A DNA stretch of 64,000 bases, taken from an uncultured bacterium. GTDB taxonomy: Bacteria; Cyanobacteriota; Vampirovibrionia; Gastranaerophilales; Gastranaerophilaceae. Below, one piece after another: positions 15,369 to 24,513 of this stretch. The DNA lies in NCBI GenBank assembly GCA_903885635.1, contig CAISJE010000076.1:588-64587 (forward strand), read 5' to 3'. Positions within the stretch are counted from its first letter, which is position 1. Every line of letters starts with the position of its first letter. The position numbers were made by a program, and so were the translations under genes. The notes below the pieces were generated by a model, which saw only the letters and a program-made list of their open reading frames with translations, did no database searches and was not told where the DNA came from.

Positions 15369-17951
15369 TTAGTACGCTAACCTCATTTTTCTTTGTTCTT
15401 CGACTCTGACAATTCTCAAAATTTCCTCTTTATGTTTTTTAAGCATTTGGGCAAAATCCTCCTTAGCTGTAGGACTTGCATTATCAATTGAGATATTTGG
15501 GTTGTAATTGATTATTGTTGAGCTTCCGCCTGAATTCCCTCGCGACACGTTGCCTTTTAAGCCCTTAGAACTAAGGCTCAACGCCTTGTTCATCGCAGTT
15601 AAAATCGGTAGTGGCTTTATAAGACCATTTTTACTCATAACTTTTGACAATTTTATGTTTATCAACTTCGAAAAATGGTCTTGTAATTCGTCGCCGAGAA
15701 GATGCTCAGAAACGACTTTCTGCCATCTTCTCGGCTCTCTCATTATTGTGGCAGCAATAGTTTCTGCAATTTTTACTTTATGCAAATCTTTGAGCGGTCC
15801 CATTTTAGCGGGCGAATGTGGTAGGTGATCTCTTATCAATTGAGTATGCTTGCCTATTGCTTCTTGAGTTTTGCCTGTTTTTGATAGCATTCCAAAAGAC
15901 AAGAAGTCGGCAATTTTAGCACCAAGCTGAAACATCTTTTTGACTAAGTCTGTAACTTTCAAAATGATTTGAGCGAGAACCTTGCCGAATTTTACACCCA
16001 TTTTTTCTGCGGCTCCGCCTGTATCTTCAACAGGTTTTATGAGGTTTTTAAACCAGTTAAAAATGGCTTTTAAAGGAGTTAAGATTGGTGATAAGGCTTG
16101 GGCTAAAGCATTGAATGCAGGTTTCAAAGGAGCAAGCCCCTCTTTTAAACCTGTAAACACACCTCTGAAAAATCCTGTAATTGGTTTCCAGTATTTGTAA
16201 ATCACAAGTGCAACTGCACCGATTGCAAGTGCAATCCAGCCAATCGGAGAAGTTAAAAGCGTCAACGAAAAAGCTCTAAATGCCATAATCGCACCATGAA
16301 TTTTACTTGGGATTCCTAAAAATCCTGACTTCATAGCATTCAGTCCTGCAACAATATTCGAAGGAATAGCTTTGACAGAGGTTATGCTCCAAGTTTTTAG
16401 AGCCTGGACGGAATTTAAAATATTTGACGGCAGTTCTTTGAAAGATTTAATTAAGCCATTTCTCAAATTATTATCAATTCTTTTAATATCAGCCATCAAT
16501 CCGTTTTTCAAAGAAAAGTTTGAAAGGTCGAAGCCAAAAGTATTTCCTGCAGCTTTGATTTTTGATGAGGTTTGAAGGTTGTGCAAAGTTGTATTTAAAC
16601 CAAGAAATTTTAATAATTGCATTCCATTTTGTGCGAGAACAGGAGTTAGTTTTTTCGCAGTATTTAATAATGAACCATATCCGCTTGTTAATTTCCCAAC
16701 AAGAGTTACAACCGCACCGAAGATAGTTAGAATTATTCCGCCACCTGTTAACCCAATTATTGCTTTAAAAAGTCCTTTTTGAAGTAGTGGATTTGAGTTT
16801 ATTTTTTCAAGGATTTCATTTGCTTTTTTCAAAGGTTCTGCAAGGTTTGGCAAAATTAATTCCATCATATTAATTTTTAATTTTTTCCACAGCTCAAGAG
16901 TGGTTGTCATCATATTGTTAAAATCACTGTCAACAACCCCATTGGCACTGAGTGCAGAGGATTTAATCCTTTTGTATTCATCAAGATTTTTCATCATAGG
17001 TTTGATGAAATTTAAAACCTGCATATCCTGAAAAATCTCAGACACTTTAAAAACATCGCCTTTGGTTGCGCGATTAATTATATTCATCATTTCTAAAATT
17101 GGGTCTTTACCTTGAGCGATAGCTTTTAGAAGTTCTGATTTTAAATCGATACCAAATTTTTCGCTGAAGTTTTTAATCGTTTGAGGAGCAGTAACTTTCT
17201 GCATGAAGTTTTGCAAATTGTTCGCAGCTTCAGGTGCATCTTTGGCACCTTTCATCGCAACTTGAAGTGCTGCACCTAATTGTGCAACCGCAGGAACACC
17301 TTTCATTCCAAGCATACTTGCACTTGCAGTCAGCCCGGGGAATTCTCCAGCCATATCCTTTAATTCAAATCGACCTTCTTTTCCTGATTGGGCAAGAATA
17401 TCCATTGTTTTATTTAATTCATTAACAGGCACTTTTAAATTGTCAGTTAAAGAAAATGCTGTCTTTGAAATATCAACAATCGCCGCTTGCTCTGCGGTTG
17501 CCGTCTTTCCGATGACATTCATATAATCAAGAGCCTTGGTCGGATCAACGCCTGAGGCAACCAAAACGCTCAAGCCCTCAATAATATCAGGGCGAAGTTG
17601 GTTTGAATATTTAGAGATTTGCCCAAGCCTTTTATCCATACTGGCAAGTTGTTTGTCGGTAAGCTGTCCCACATTACCGAGTTCTCGGATTCGATGTTCC
17701 ATCTCAAGAGTTAATGGAATCGCTTCGGTTAAACCAAGAGTATGAGCGAGAGCAAGTCCGCCTCCGGTCATTCCGGCACCAACTGTCATCATACTTTTGC
17801 CAAGTTTATCCAAAGACTCCGAGGTGTTTTTGATTTTGCGTTGGAGTTTGTCAAATTCTTCGTTAGACTTATTAACCGCATCCTTAATTACCCTCGACAT
17901 TTTGTCGAAGGCAACAAGAGTTAAAGATACTTTCATTGCTGTGTCTAACAT
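15369..17951 (-). CDS. tail tape measure protein
   Basis: About 860 aa, helical with hydrophobic G/A-rich segments, lying between the chaperone and baseplate genes. ATG at 17951 (the track start 17963 is GTG). Confidence 0.8.
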   Translation of the reverse strand: MLDTAMKVSLTLVAFDKMSRVIKDAVNKSNEEFDKLQRKIKNTSESLDKLGKSMMTVGAGMTGGGLALAHTLGLTEAIPLTLEMEHRIRELGNVGQLTDKQLASMDKRLGQISKYSNQLRPDIIEGLSVLVASGVDPTKALDYMNVIGKTATAEQAAIVDISKTAFSLTDNLKVPVNELNKTMDILAQSGKEGRFELKDMAGEFPGLTASASMLGMKGVPAVAQLGAALQVAMKGAKDAPEAANNLQNFMQKVTAPQTIKNFSEKFGIDLKSELLKAIAQGKDPILEMMNIINRATKGDVFKVSEIFQDMQVLNFIKPMMKNLDEYKRIKSSALSANGVVDSDFNNMMTTTLELWKKLKINMMELILPNLAEPLKKANEILEKINSNPLLQKGLFKAIIGLTGGGIILTIFGAVVTLVGKLTSGYGSLLNTAKKLTPVLAQNGMQLLKFLGLNTTLHNLQTSSKIKAAGNTFGFDLSNFSLKNGLMADIKRIDNNLRNGLIKSFKELPSNILNSVQALKTWSITSVKAIPSNIVAGLNAMKSGFLGIPSKIHGAIMAFRAFSLTLLTSPIGWIALAIGAVALVIYKYWKPITGFFRGVFTGLKEGLAPLKPAFNALAQALSPILTPLKAIFNWFKNLIKPVEDTGGAAEKMGVKFGKVLAQIILKVTDLVKKMFQLGAKIADFLSFGMLSKTGKTQEAIGKHTQLIRDHLPHSPAKMGPLKDLHKVKIAETIAATIMREPRRWQKVVSEHLLGDELQDHFSKLINIKLSKVMSKNGLIKPLPILTAMNKALSLSSKGLKGNVSRGNSGGSSTIINYNPNISIDNASPTAKEDFAQMLKKHKEEILRIVRVEEQRKMRLAY

Positions 17952-17989
17952 TCTTCGTCTCACTCAGCATCAATTTTTCAAAATTTGCA

Positions 17990-18426
17990 TTAATCGTAAA
18001 CCTCTTGAAAAACCTCTGTTGTGTTTTGCTTATACTTGATTGCCTCGTTTACCCAAAAATAAAGCTCATCAAGAGTCATATGCTTTATTTCGCTGTATTG
18101 CCAGCCGGTTGTTTTGGCGAGGTGGATGATGCAGTCGGCACTAAGGACCCCGACACTTCTGGCGTTGTGGTCTTCGGGGGTTGTGCTGCCGGATGTAAAA
18201 ACTTTCCCGAGATTTCCGCCTGAAGTGCGAGAACATCTTCCAAGTCAAACTCTAATAAATCCTCGTAAACCACTTTTTGCCCATCGACTTCTGCAAGTTC
18301 TGCGATAAGTGCGAATGTAATTTCTTCAGATGTTTTTGCTTTTCTTTGGGCATTTAAAAGATGAAGCCCTTTGCCTGATTCAAGCACTACTTTTTTCCCT
18401 GATGGTAATGTTAATTCTATTGACAT
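17990..18426 (-). CDS. tail assembly chaperone, predicted -1 frameshift fusion product (GT / E+E' analogue)
   Basis: After the slip at 18202-18208 the -1 frame stays open to TAA at 17990-17992. It encodes ...LAKTTGWQYSEIKHMTLDELYFWVNEAIKYK..., which resembles the P2 gpE family pattern W..SE...M.L.EL..W...A. Confidence 0.6.
18085..18426 (-). CDS. tail assembly chaperone, zero-frame product (lambda G / P2 E analogue)
   Basis: 113 aa between the tube and tape measure genes. Contains the slippery heptamer G GGA AAG in frame. Confidence 0.7.
   Translation of the reverse strand: MSIELTLPSGKKVVLESGKGLHLLNAQRKAKTSEEITFALIAELAEVDGQKVVYEDLLEFDLEDVLALQAEISGKFLHPAAQPPKTTTPEVSGSLVPTASSTSPKQPAGNTAK
18202..18208 (-). 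other. programmed -1 ribosomal frameshift site GGGAAAG
   Basis: The minus strand reads TCG GGA AAG TTT. The X XXY YYZ phasing is correct relative to the 18426 start. Confidence 0.6.
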
Positions 18427-18462
18427 ATTTTCTCCTTTTCATTGTTATAATTGCTCAATTCG

Positions 18463-18984
18463 CTATCCTCCGATGTTTGCTTTAAACGGTAGCAGAATAT
18501 CTGTTCCACCTACTTTGTAGATATTTTCAAGAACATCTATTTCAAAAATGTCTACTCCTGCAACAGCTAATTTTGCGTAAGTTACAGCCATAGTTGTTTC
18601 GTATTCTGCATTGTCTCCCGGCTTTATTGTACCTAGCGGAAATTCTTTAAAAGTCCCTGAAATATATGCAACCGCAGGAACCTCGGAGACTTTTCCGGCA
18701 CTTGTGTATGTTTGAAGAGAAGCACGCACCTGAATAGGCACTGCGATAAAAGGATTTGCACAAGTAGTTAAAACATCAGGGTAAAGTGCATTCCATTTGA
18801 TTTTGCATTCGAGTTTGTCTATACCTGCAAAAAATTCAGCAGAGCCAATCATCCCAAGGGCTTTGTGTTCTGCCATTTTGTGTTTGATTTGTGGCAGTTG
18901 AACTTCTTCTGCTCGGCCCAAAAGATTATTACCATTCATATAAACATTGGCGTTTGTTAATTTATTAATTAAAATTTTAGACAT
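18463..18984 (-). CDS. major tail tube protein (P2 FII / Mu M-like)
   Basis: NVYMNGNNLLGRAEEVQLPQIKHKMAEHKALGMIGSAEFFAGIDKLECKIKWN is the FII family pattern. Follows the sheath gene. Confidence 0.75.
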   Translation of the reverse strand: MSKILINKLTNANVYMNGNNLLGRAEEVQLPQIKHKMAEHKALGMIGSAEFFAGIDKLECKIKWNALYPDVLTTCANPFIAVPIQVRASLQTYTSAGKVSEVPAVAYISGTFKEFPLGTIKPGDNAEYETTMAVTYAKLAVAGVDIFEIDVLENIYKVGGTDILLPFKANIGG

Positions 18985-18993
18985 TTTCTCTCC

Positions 18994-20226
18994 TTATTTT
19001 GAACCGAGATTTTTTAATAATTCGATATTGATAAAGCTTTCAAAAGTAATTCTTTCAGCAGGTGTTGGAGGCATAAATTCAATATCAAAAACAAGGTGTC
19101 CTGCAGCGATTTCTGTAGTCGAATTTTTCGCAGGGTTATATGAACATTTGCCATCAATCAAAGCACCTCTGCCGATAAGAGTTCTAATGAATGCGTTAAC
19201 AGATTCGCAGATTGAATCAATAAGCCCGTCAGAAATCGGATAATCGATAAACTGAAGCATAGAATATTCCACGCTTTCGTGAAGAATATCAGCAGTCCTG
19301 CGAACATTGATAAAGTTGGTAGGCACAGATGATGCAGGATAAGCTGAAGAACGGTTACCCCAAGTTCTTAAACCTGAGCCGTAGCTGTTGAAAATCGTCA
19401 TAATCCCGGCTTCGTTTAAAGCGTTAACTTCACTTGAAGGGTCATTAATCATTGAAGTAAGCTGTTTTTCAATACCTGTAATTCCAAGAATTTCAGTATT
19501 GGACGGAGACCACCAATAACCTTTGGCAATATCTTTTGCCGCCATCACCCCTGCTAGTCTTTGAGAATATGGCTCCAAGACATAACTTTCAGAATCGGAA
19601 TCATATACTTTTACTCTTGGATAGCAAAAGATTAATCGCTCTGAGGAATAATTGAAGTTAATTGTACCCTCTGCACCTCTGCCGGTAATTGCTTCTTGAA
19701 CAGTTGTACCTGCCGGAGCATCAACAATTCCCATAGCACGAATTTTATTGCAGATAGTATTTATTTCGCTTGTAACTGAAGATTCCTCGCAGAAAACAGG
19801 GGAAATAATTGTTTTAGGAAAATAGCCGAATAACGAATAACTGTCTTGGAGTGCTTTTAGACCTGTTCTTTTGCCTGTTATTGTATCTACTTTTCCGATA
19901 ATATCTGATATTGAAACATCTGCGACTGAAGTATGAACGCTTGGATCAAAGACATTTACAACAATTACAATACCTGCACCTTGGTCGAAGATTGCAGAAA
20001 GTGCTTGGGGGATTGTAAAACCTGAAGTTTCTTCGCCAAAATATTTGGCAGCTTCAATTTCATTAAGGATTAGTGTCGGCTGATTCACTGTTTTGTAGTC
20101 CGCCCCAACTGTATTTATTGGGGCGGTTCCAACCAAGCCGATTACTGCGGTTTTTACGGTTTTAATTGTAACCGCACCTTTTTGAACTTCGATTGTTTCA
20201 ACTCCGTGTAAAAATGATGCAGGCAT
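18994..20226 (-). CDS. contractile tail sheath protein
   Basis: 410 aa. Synteny (sheath then tube) and a conserved C-terminal region ...RTWGNRS...INVRR... Confidence 0.75.
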   Translation of the reverse strand: MPASFLHGVETIEVQKGAVTIKTVKTAVIGLVGTAPINTVGADYKTVNQPTLILNEIEAAKYFGEETSGFTIPQALSAIFDQGAGIVIVVNVFDPSVHTSVADVSISDIIGKVDTITGKRTGLKALQDSYSLFGYFPKTIISPVFCEESSVTSEINTICNKIRAMGIVDAPAGTTVQEAITGRGAEGTINFNYSSERLIFCYPRVKVYDSDSESYVLEPYSQRLAGVMAAKDIAKGYWWSPSNTEILGITGIEKQLTSMINDPSSEVNALNEAGIMTIFNSYGSGLRTWGNRSSAYPASSVPTNFINVRRTADILHESVEYSMLQFIDYPISDGLIDSICESVNAFIRTLIGRGALIDGKCSYNPAKNSTTEIAAGHLVFDIEFMPPTPAERITFESFINIELLKNLGSK

Positions 20227-20645
20227 TAATCTTCCTCCGTTTCAATGCTTGGGGTAGTAAATTCAAAGTTGATTGCGTATTGCCAAACTCCGTTGTTTTC
20301 AGACAAAAAGCCCTCTTTTGTCGGGTGCATTTTGGAGCAGCCGTCAATCTGAAACCCTGTTAAAATTGATTTAACTTCATCTAAAAGTTCATATGCTCCG
20401 CTATTTTTTGTACGCAAACTTCTTGTGACAAGAGTTATGGCGAATTCCATTTTTTTATTCTGAAAAACAGCTCCAACACATTCTATATTTCCATAATTTC
20501 CACCTTGGTAATGAACCAAAACCGCACCTTTAGGATGAGTAAAAACAAAATCTTGTGGTTTTTCAGGAAAAGCATCAACAAGCAAATCTGTTAATTTGCC
20601 TTTTAATTTTTCGATTATTTTATTTTCTAGTGCTTCAATATTCAC
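20226..20645 (-). CDS. Mu gp37-like (DUF1834-type) head-tail or tail-completion protein
   Basis: Positioned between the gp36-like and sheath genes. GTG at 20645 after ACGAGG is preferred over TTG at 20675. Confidence 0.45.
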   Translation of the reverse strand: MNIEALENKIIEKLKGKLTDLLVDAFPEKPQDFVFTHPKGAVLVHYQGGNYGNIECVGAVFQNKKMEFAITLVTRSLRTKNSGAYELLDEVKSILTGFQIDGCSKMHPTKEGFLSENNGVWQYAINFEFTTPSIETEED

Positions 20646-21075
20646 GTAAAACCTCGTGGGAAAATGTTCTGTCAAATCTCGTTTTGTTCGTAATATAGTC
20701 TTTGGTTTCAGCTACATTGCTTTCATCATCTGTTTCGATTGCAAGAGCGATTGTGCCTTTTTTAATTTTTTCTAATGTTTTGATTGCTTCTTTGTACTGT
20801 TCAAGAATTGATTCAGGCATATCAGCTTGCAATCTTCTGCTGTATAACCTGTAAATACTCAAATCTATTGCGATAATTCTTAGTAAAGGAAAGTGGGTAT
20901 CTAAGGGTAGTGTATATTTCCCTCTCAGATACCCATCGATTAGGGTTGAAGAATACAAGATAGCTTCGTAGGTTACGGAGTCATCAACAGTATCTTGTGG
21001 GGGAGTATCGTTGGTAAGTTGAACAAGGGTTTCGTGTGTTATTTGTTTTTCAATATCCTGTGAGGTACAGTACAT
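20635..21075 (-). CDS. Mu gp36-like (DUF1320) head-tail connector protein
   Basis: MYCTSQDIEKQITHETLVQLTNDT...AILYSSTLIDGYLRGKYTLPL is a typical DUF1320 N-terminus. Confidence 0.65.
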   Translation of the reverse strand: MYCTSQDIEKQITHETLVQLTNDTPPQDTVDDSVTYEAILYSSTLIDGYLRGKYTLPLDTHFPLLRIIAIDLSIYRLYSRRLQADMPESILEQYKEAIKTLEKIKKGTIALAIETDDESNVAETKDYITNKTRFDRTFSHEVLREY

Positions 21076-21417
21076 TTATATGCCTCTGACAATTCGAATG
21101 ATGTCACCTTCAGCGGTTGCTGCGTCTAAAGAATAGCCATTTACTTCTTCTGTTGTTGTTATTGTGGTTGCCCGTCCGTTTGCATCACTCGTAATTTTTG
21201 TTTGGGCCGCTATTACCCCACCAGCTTCTACCAGAAGGATTCCGAGAACCGCTACAGGAGCAAATTGACCCGCATCAGTTTCGACATCGCATATTCCGTA
21301 TGCTTTAACACCTGCGGAACATACATTTCCATCAAAGCCGACAAATCGTTGTTTGATTAAATCAGCTTGTGCCAATACGGAATCAATTAATAACGGTTTA
21401 TACAGACGTTGTGACAT
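21076..21417 (-). CDS. DUF2190-like small capsid-associated (decoration/cement) protein
   Basis: 113 aa from ATG 21417. The G/A/V-rich beta pattern ...AVLGILLVEAGGVIAA...GDIIRIV and its position after the capsid gene support the call. Confidence 0.45.
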   Translation of the reverse strand: MSQRLYKPLLIDSVLAQADLIKQRFVGFDGNVCSAGVKAYGICDVETDAGQFAPVAVLGILLVEAGGVIAAQTKITSDANGRATTITTTEEVNGYSLDAATAEGDIIRIVRGI

Positions 21418-21865
21418 TTGTACCCTCCTGTGCGGTTGCATCAGAAGCTACGCCATCAATTGAAGTTGTAGTTTCTGTCGTAGTTGTAGTTGTATCAGTA
21501 GACGCTGTCGCATCTGTAGTGGCGGTAGTATCCGCAGTTGTGGCAGTTTTTTTAGTTGTTTTTGCCGTTGACTTTTTTGTGGTAGTTGCTGTGGTGCCGG
21601 ATGCATCGTCAATAGTTCCGACTGTAGAAGTATCAATCGGAGCAATAGCATTTGTGGTAGTCACGGTAATAGTAACAGTTGTTGCAGTGCCGGGAATCAA
21701 AGTAACATAGTCAGCAAGTTTTTTTGCTTCGTCATCTGTAAGTTTTATTGTTGCACCGGGGATATATTGGGCTTGGTTGTGCAAAATAGTAGTGTTTTTA
21801 ACTTTGTATAAAGCTGCAGGGACTGTCTTGGTTTCTGTTGTAGTTTCTTGAATATTTTCAGTCAT
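21398..21865 (-). CDS. hypothetical virion protein with a Thr/Ala-rich low-complexity C-terminal half
   Basis: 155 aa. The TTATTTKKSTAKTTKKTATTADTTATTDATASTDTTTTTTETTT tract overlaps the next gene by 20 nt. Confidence 0.5.
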   Translation of the reverse strand: MTENIQETTTETKTVPAALYKVKNTTILHNQAQYIPGATIKLTDDEAKKLADYVTLIPGTATTVTITVTTTNAIAPIDTSTVGTIDDASGTTATTTKKSTAKTTKKTATTADTTATTDATASTDTTTTTTETTTSIDGVASDATAQEGTNVTTSV

Positions 21866-21874
21866 TTTTTCTCC

Positions 21875-22786
21875 TTATCCGTTTACAATTAAGTAACCTG
21901 CATCAGCACCTACAAGGAATGGAGTGTAGATATCTGTTGCACGAATGTACTTAACTTTGTTGCCTTCTTTTGTATATTCATCAATTTTCAAAGAGTCTTT
22001 TTTCTTTACCGTGTATGCAAATGAAGGGTCATATTCAGTTCTTGAATCAAGTTTTGGAACGTATGCCAAAACAATCTTATTGCCCCAAACCTTTACAAAT
22101 TCATTGCTTTCATTGACAAATACAGATTTACCAACATAGATATTTTCAATGTCAAAAATCTGTTTCATCAAATCAAGTGTTACTATTTTTGTTGAACTAT
22201 CGCTCACAAGTTTTCTTAATACGGGGTTTCTTTTTAAATCTTTATACGCTTCATAGCCCATAACCATAGTGTTTGGTTCTTGTGCTATTTTTGAACAAAT
22301 CGCATTTTTAGCATCATCAATTACCCCTTCAGGGTCTGAATACTGACTTGAAAATAGGTGCATTCCTGAAAGAACAATTTTATTTCCTGTATCATAATTA
22401 TCAACATTCTGAACAAGATCAGCACACTGTTTTTCGTGTTTTAACTTTAAACCTTCAGTTACAACATTTGTAGCGTGAAGTTGAAGTTTGACAACTTTGG
22501 ACTCCTCTTCTTCCCTGTAATCAATGGGGTATGCAAGGTCGTGTTCAGTAAGAGTGGTTGTCTTTTTAGTAAATCCTTTTGGTGAAATTACATTCGAATT
22601 CGCACGAATGCTTCGTTCCGTATCGTAGACTTGGAACGCCTCTTTGTTAAATTCAAAAATATCAACCTTTTCAAGTTCCGAATCGATGACTGGGAATAAG
22701 TTTTCAGCGATAAAAGCTGAGTTTGAGTATCCTCTCGCAATTTTAGAGAGGTATGCGTTAATTCGTAATTCTTCTAAACGTCCCAT
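21875..22786 (-). CDS. major capsid protein
   Basis: 303 aa directly after the scaffold/protease-like gene. The N-terminal LRINAYLSKIARGY is reminiscent of P2 gpN-type starts. Confidence 0.65.
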   Translation of the reverse strand: MGRLEELRINAYLSKIARGYSNSAFIAENLFPVIDSELEKVDIFEFNKEAFQVYDTERSIRANSNVISPKGFTKKTTTLTEHDLAYPIDYREEEESKVVKLQLHATNVVTEGLKLKHEKQCADLVQNVDNYDTGNKIVLSGMHLFSSQYSDPEGVIDDAKNAICSKIAQEPNTMVMGYEAYKDLKRNPVLRKLVSDSSTKIVTLDLMKQIFDIENIYVGKSVFVNESNEFVKVWGNKIVLAYVPKLDSRTEYDPSFAYTVKKKDSLKIDEYTKEGNKVKYIRATDIYTPFLVGADAGYLIVNG

Positions 22787-22787
22787 T

Positions 22788-23777
22788 TTATACTCCTTTA
22801 TTTAGCTTTAGCAGAGCATCTTTGAAATCGATGTTTTCTTTTTCAGCAAGTGCATTAGCTTCGTTAAAAATTTCGAGGCTTTCTTCACTTGCATCTGAGA
22901 AGTCATCGTGCTCTGCGGTTGGGGTAGTGGTAGCTTTTTTCTTTGTAGCAATTTCTTCAAATTCAATCTGTTTTGGAATTGATGCCACAAAAGTTTTAAA
23001 TTCTTCAACAGCATTGGATGCAGAGTCAAATTTTTTCACATTATCTAATTCTTTGAATAGTTTTAAAACGACATCTTTATTTGCAGGGATAAGGATTCCT
23101 TTTTCTAATTGCTTTTCAACAAAATTATCAAACTCATTGTCCCTAATTTTATTTTTCAAATAATCGAGTTCTTTTTGTATCCCGTCTTTGTCGGAAGCCT
23201 TTTCTTTGAATGTTAAAAGCTCATTTGTAAGAGTTTCAATTTTTGTCTTTAGCGTTTTAATAGTTTCGCTTGAGGTTTCTTTTTCTTTGAAGGTGTTTAT
23301 TTTTTCTTCAAGGTCATTAACCTGATTTTTTAAATCCAGAATTTCTTTTTCTTCAGGCTTATCCCCTTTGAGCGGTTCAACTTCAAAGGTATAAACATCG
23401 CTTTCGCCTTCTTTGAATTGAACTGATTCCATTCCTTTTACTTGCGGAATACTTGCGCCGAGGAATGATACAGCTTTTAAATAAGGTTTTTTACCTTCAA
23501 GTTCTCTGTAGATTTCAACAGAGATTTTTCTGTACTTGCCGTCATTAACAAAGGATTTTAAATCTTCTGTAACATCTTTAAAGGTTGCTTTCAGAACTCC
23601 TTTATCGGCTTTTACGCTTTCAACCCAGCCGAAGGCAGGACCTGATTGCTCGTGGTCGAGGGTAATCGGAGCTTCGCAAAAACTCGGATCGTAATTTTTG
23701 GCAATTTCTTCAATTTGTTCTTTGGTGAATTTACCTTGAGGATATGTTCCTGCTTTAAAGATTTCAAAAAATTTCAT
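22788..23777 (-). CDS. capsid scaffolding protein, possibly with protease (P2 gpO / Mu gpI-like)
   Basis: N-terminal FEIFKAGTYPQGKFTKEQIEEIAKNYDPSFCEAPITLDHEQSGPAFGWVESVKADKGVLKA follows the gpO pattern. C-terminal half is coiled-coil. Confidence 0.55.
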   Translation of the reverse strand: MKFFEIFKAGTYPQGKFTKEQIEEIAKNYDPSFCEAPITLDHEQSGPAFGWVESVKADKGVLKATFKDVTEDLKSFVNDGKYRKISVEIYRELEGKKPYLKAVSFLGASIPQVKGMESVQFKEGESDVYTFEVEPLKGDKPEEKEILDLKNQVNDLEEKINTFKEKETSSETIKTLKTKIETLTNELLTFKEKASDKDGIQKELDYLKNKIRDNEFDNFVEKQLEKGILIPANKDVVLKLFKELDNVKKFDSASNAVEEFKTFVASIPKQIEFEEIATKKKATTTPTAEHDDFSDASEESLEIFNEANALAEKENIDFKDALLKLNKGV

Positions 23778-23840
23778 TTTATACCTTTCTAAAAAATATA
23801 TTTACTTAGTAGTGGCGAAGCACAAGGCGAGTAATTCGCC

Positions 23841-24029
23841 TTATGCTTCTAAACCTTCTTTAGTAATCAATCTCAAACCTGTATTTACAACAGTTAAACC
23901 GATTGCCTGAATTGACAGGTCTATAATAAAACCAGTCTGAGTTTGAACAACCAATCCGACTGCGGACAAAATGTTTACCCAAAATGTTTTTGATTGGTAA
24001 AATTTCTTTGTAGAACCTAAACTTGACAT
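23841..24029 (-). CDS. small membrane protein, holin-like; first gene of the minus-strand late operon
   Basis: 62 aa with two hydrophobic segments (FWVNILSAVGLVV and IQAIGLTVVNTGL). Confidence 0.4.
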   Translation of the reverse strand: MSSLGSTKKFYQSKTFWVNILSAVGLVVQTQTGFIIDLSIQAIGLTVVNTGLRLITKEGLEA

Positions 24030-24110
24030 ATAATTACCTCGCTTGTTTTTTTACTGCGTTCAAAAATTTATTACTCTGTGAGTATAAGCTCTCTCTGAAT
24101 GCGTTCTCAA

Positions 24111-24168
24111 ATGAACTGTTCATATTTTTTTTACTGAACTGTTCAGTAAAAATTTACTGAATTATTCA
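24111..24168. promoter_or_regulatory. three palindromic operator-like sites in the divergent late control region
   Basis: ATGAAC-T-GTTCAT (24111-24123), TACTGAAC-T-GTTCAGTA (24132-24148) and TGAAT-T-ATTCA (24158-24168). Centres are exactly 23 bp apart. Confidence 0.5.
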
Positions 24169-24270
24169 TTTGAATTTTATGCTTCAAAACTTGTATCCTG
24201 AGAGAAATAAGCAACCGAGGAAACTCCTGAGAAAAGCTTATTTTTTCTTTCTGAACAAAAAGGAGAATGT

Positions 24271-24513
24271 ATGGATATAAATCAATTTTTACCATTGGTG
24301 CAAAATATAGGATTCCCGGCTGTGATTTTTGCAATTTGGTATATTTACCACAAAGCACAAGCAAAACTTTTTGAAGATATGATAAATCAAAACTTTTCTA
24401 TCTTGAAAGATTTACTTGAAACCAACCAATATCATGCGGCACTACTCTCTCGTGTAGAAAGCAAAATTGATAACAATTTGTGGTGTCCTGTTTTAAAGAG
24501 AGAGGTTTCATAG
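24271..24513 (+). CDS. small single-pass membrane protein, BhlA/UviB-like holin candidate
   Basis: 80 aa; LVQNIGFPAVIFAIWYIYHKAQAKLFEDM is followed by a helical tail. Confidence 0.35.
   Translation: MDINQFLPLVQNIGFPAVIFAIWYIYHKAQAKLFEDMINQNFSILKDLLETNQYHAALLSRVESKIDNNLWCPVLKREVS

Noticed and set aside
23814-23841. Two mutually exclusive hairpins (GGCGAA...TTCGCC and AGGCGA-GTAAT-TCGCCT) between the holin-like gene and the scaffold gene, read as an attenuator.
   Set aside because: No U-tract follows on the transcribed strand and I found no second copy, so there is too little evidence to call a function.
24111-24168. The GAAC...GTTC palindromes read as LexA (Cheo-type) SOS boxes.
   Set aside because: The Cheo box has a 4-nt spacer (GAAC-N4-GTTC), whereas here the spacer is 1 nt. 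The sites are better treated as belonging to an unknown phage regulator.
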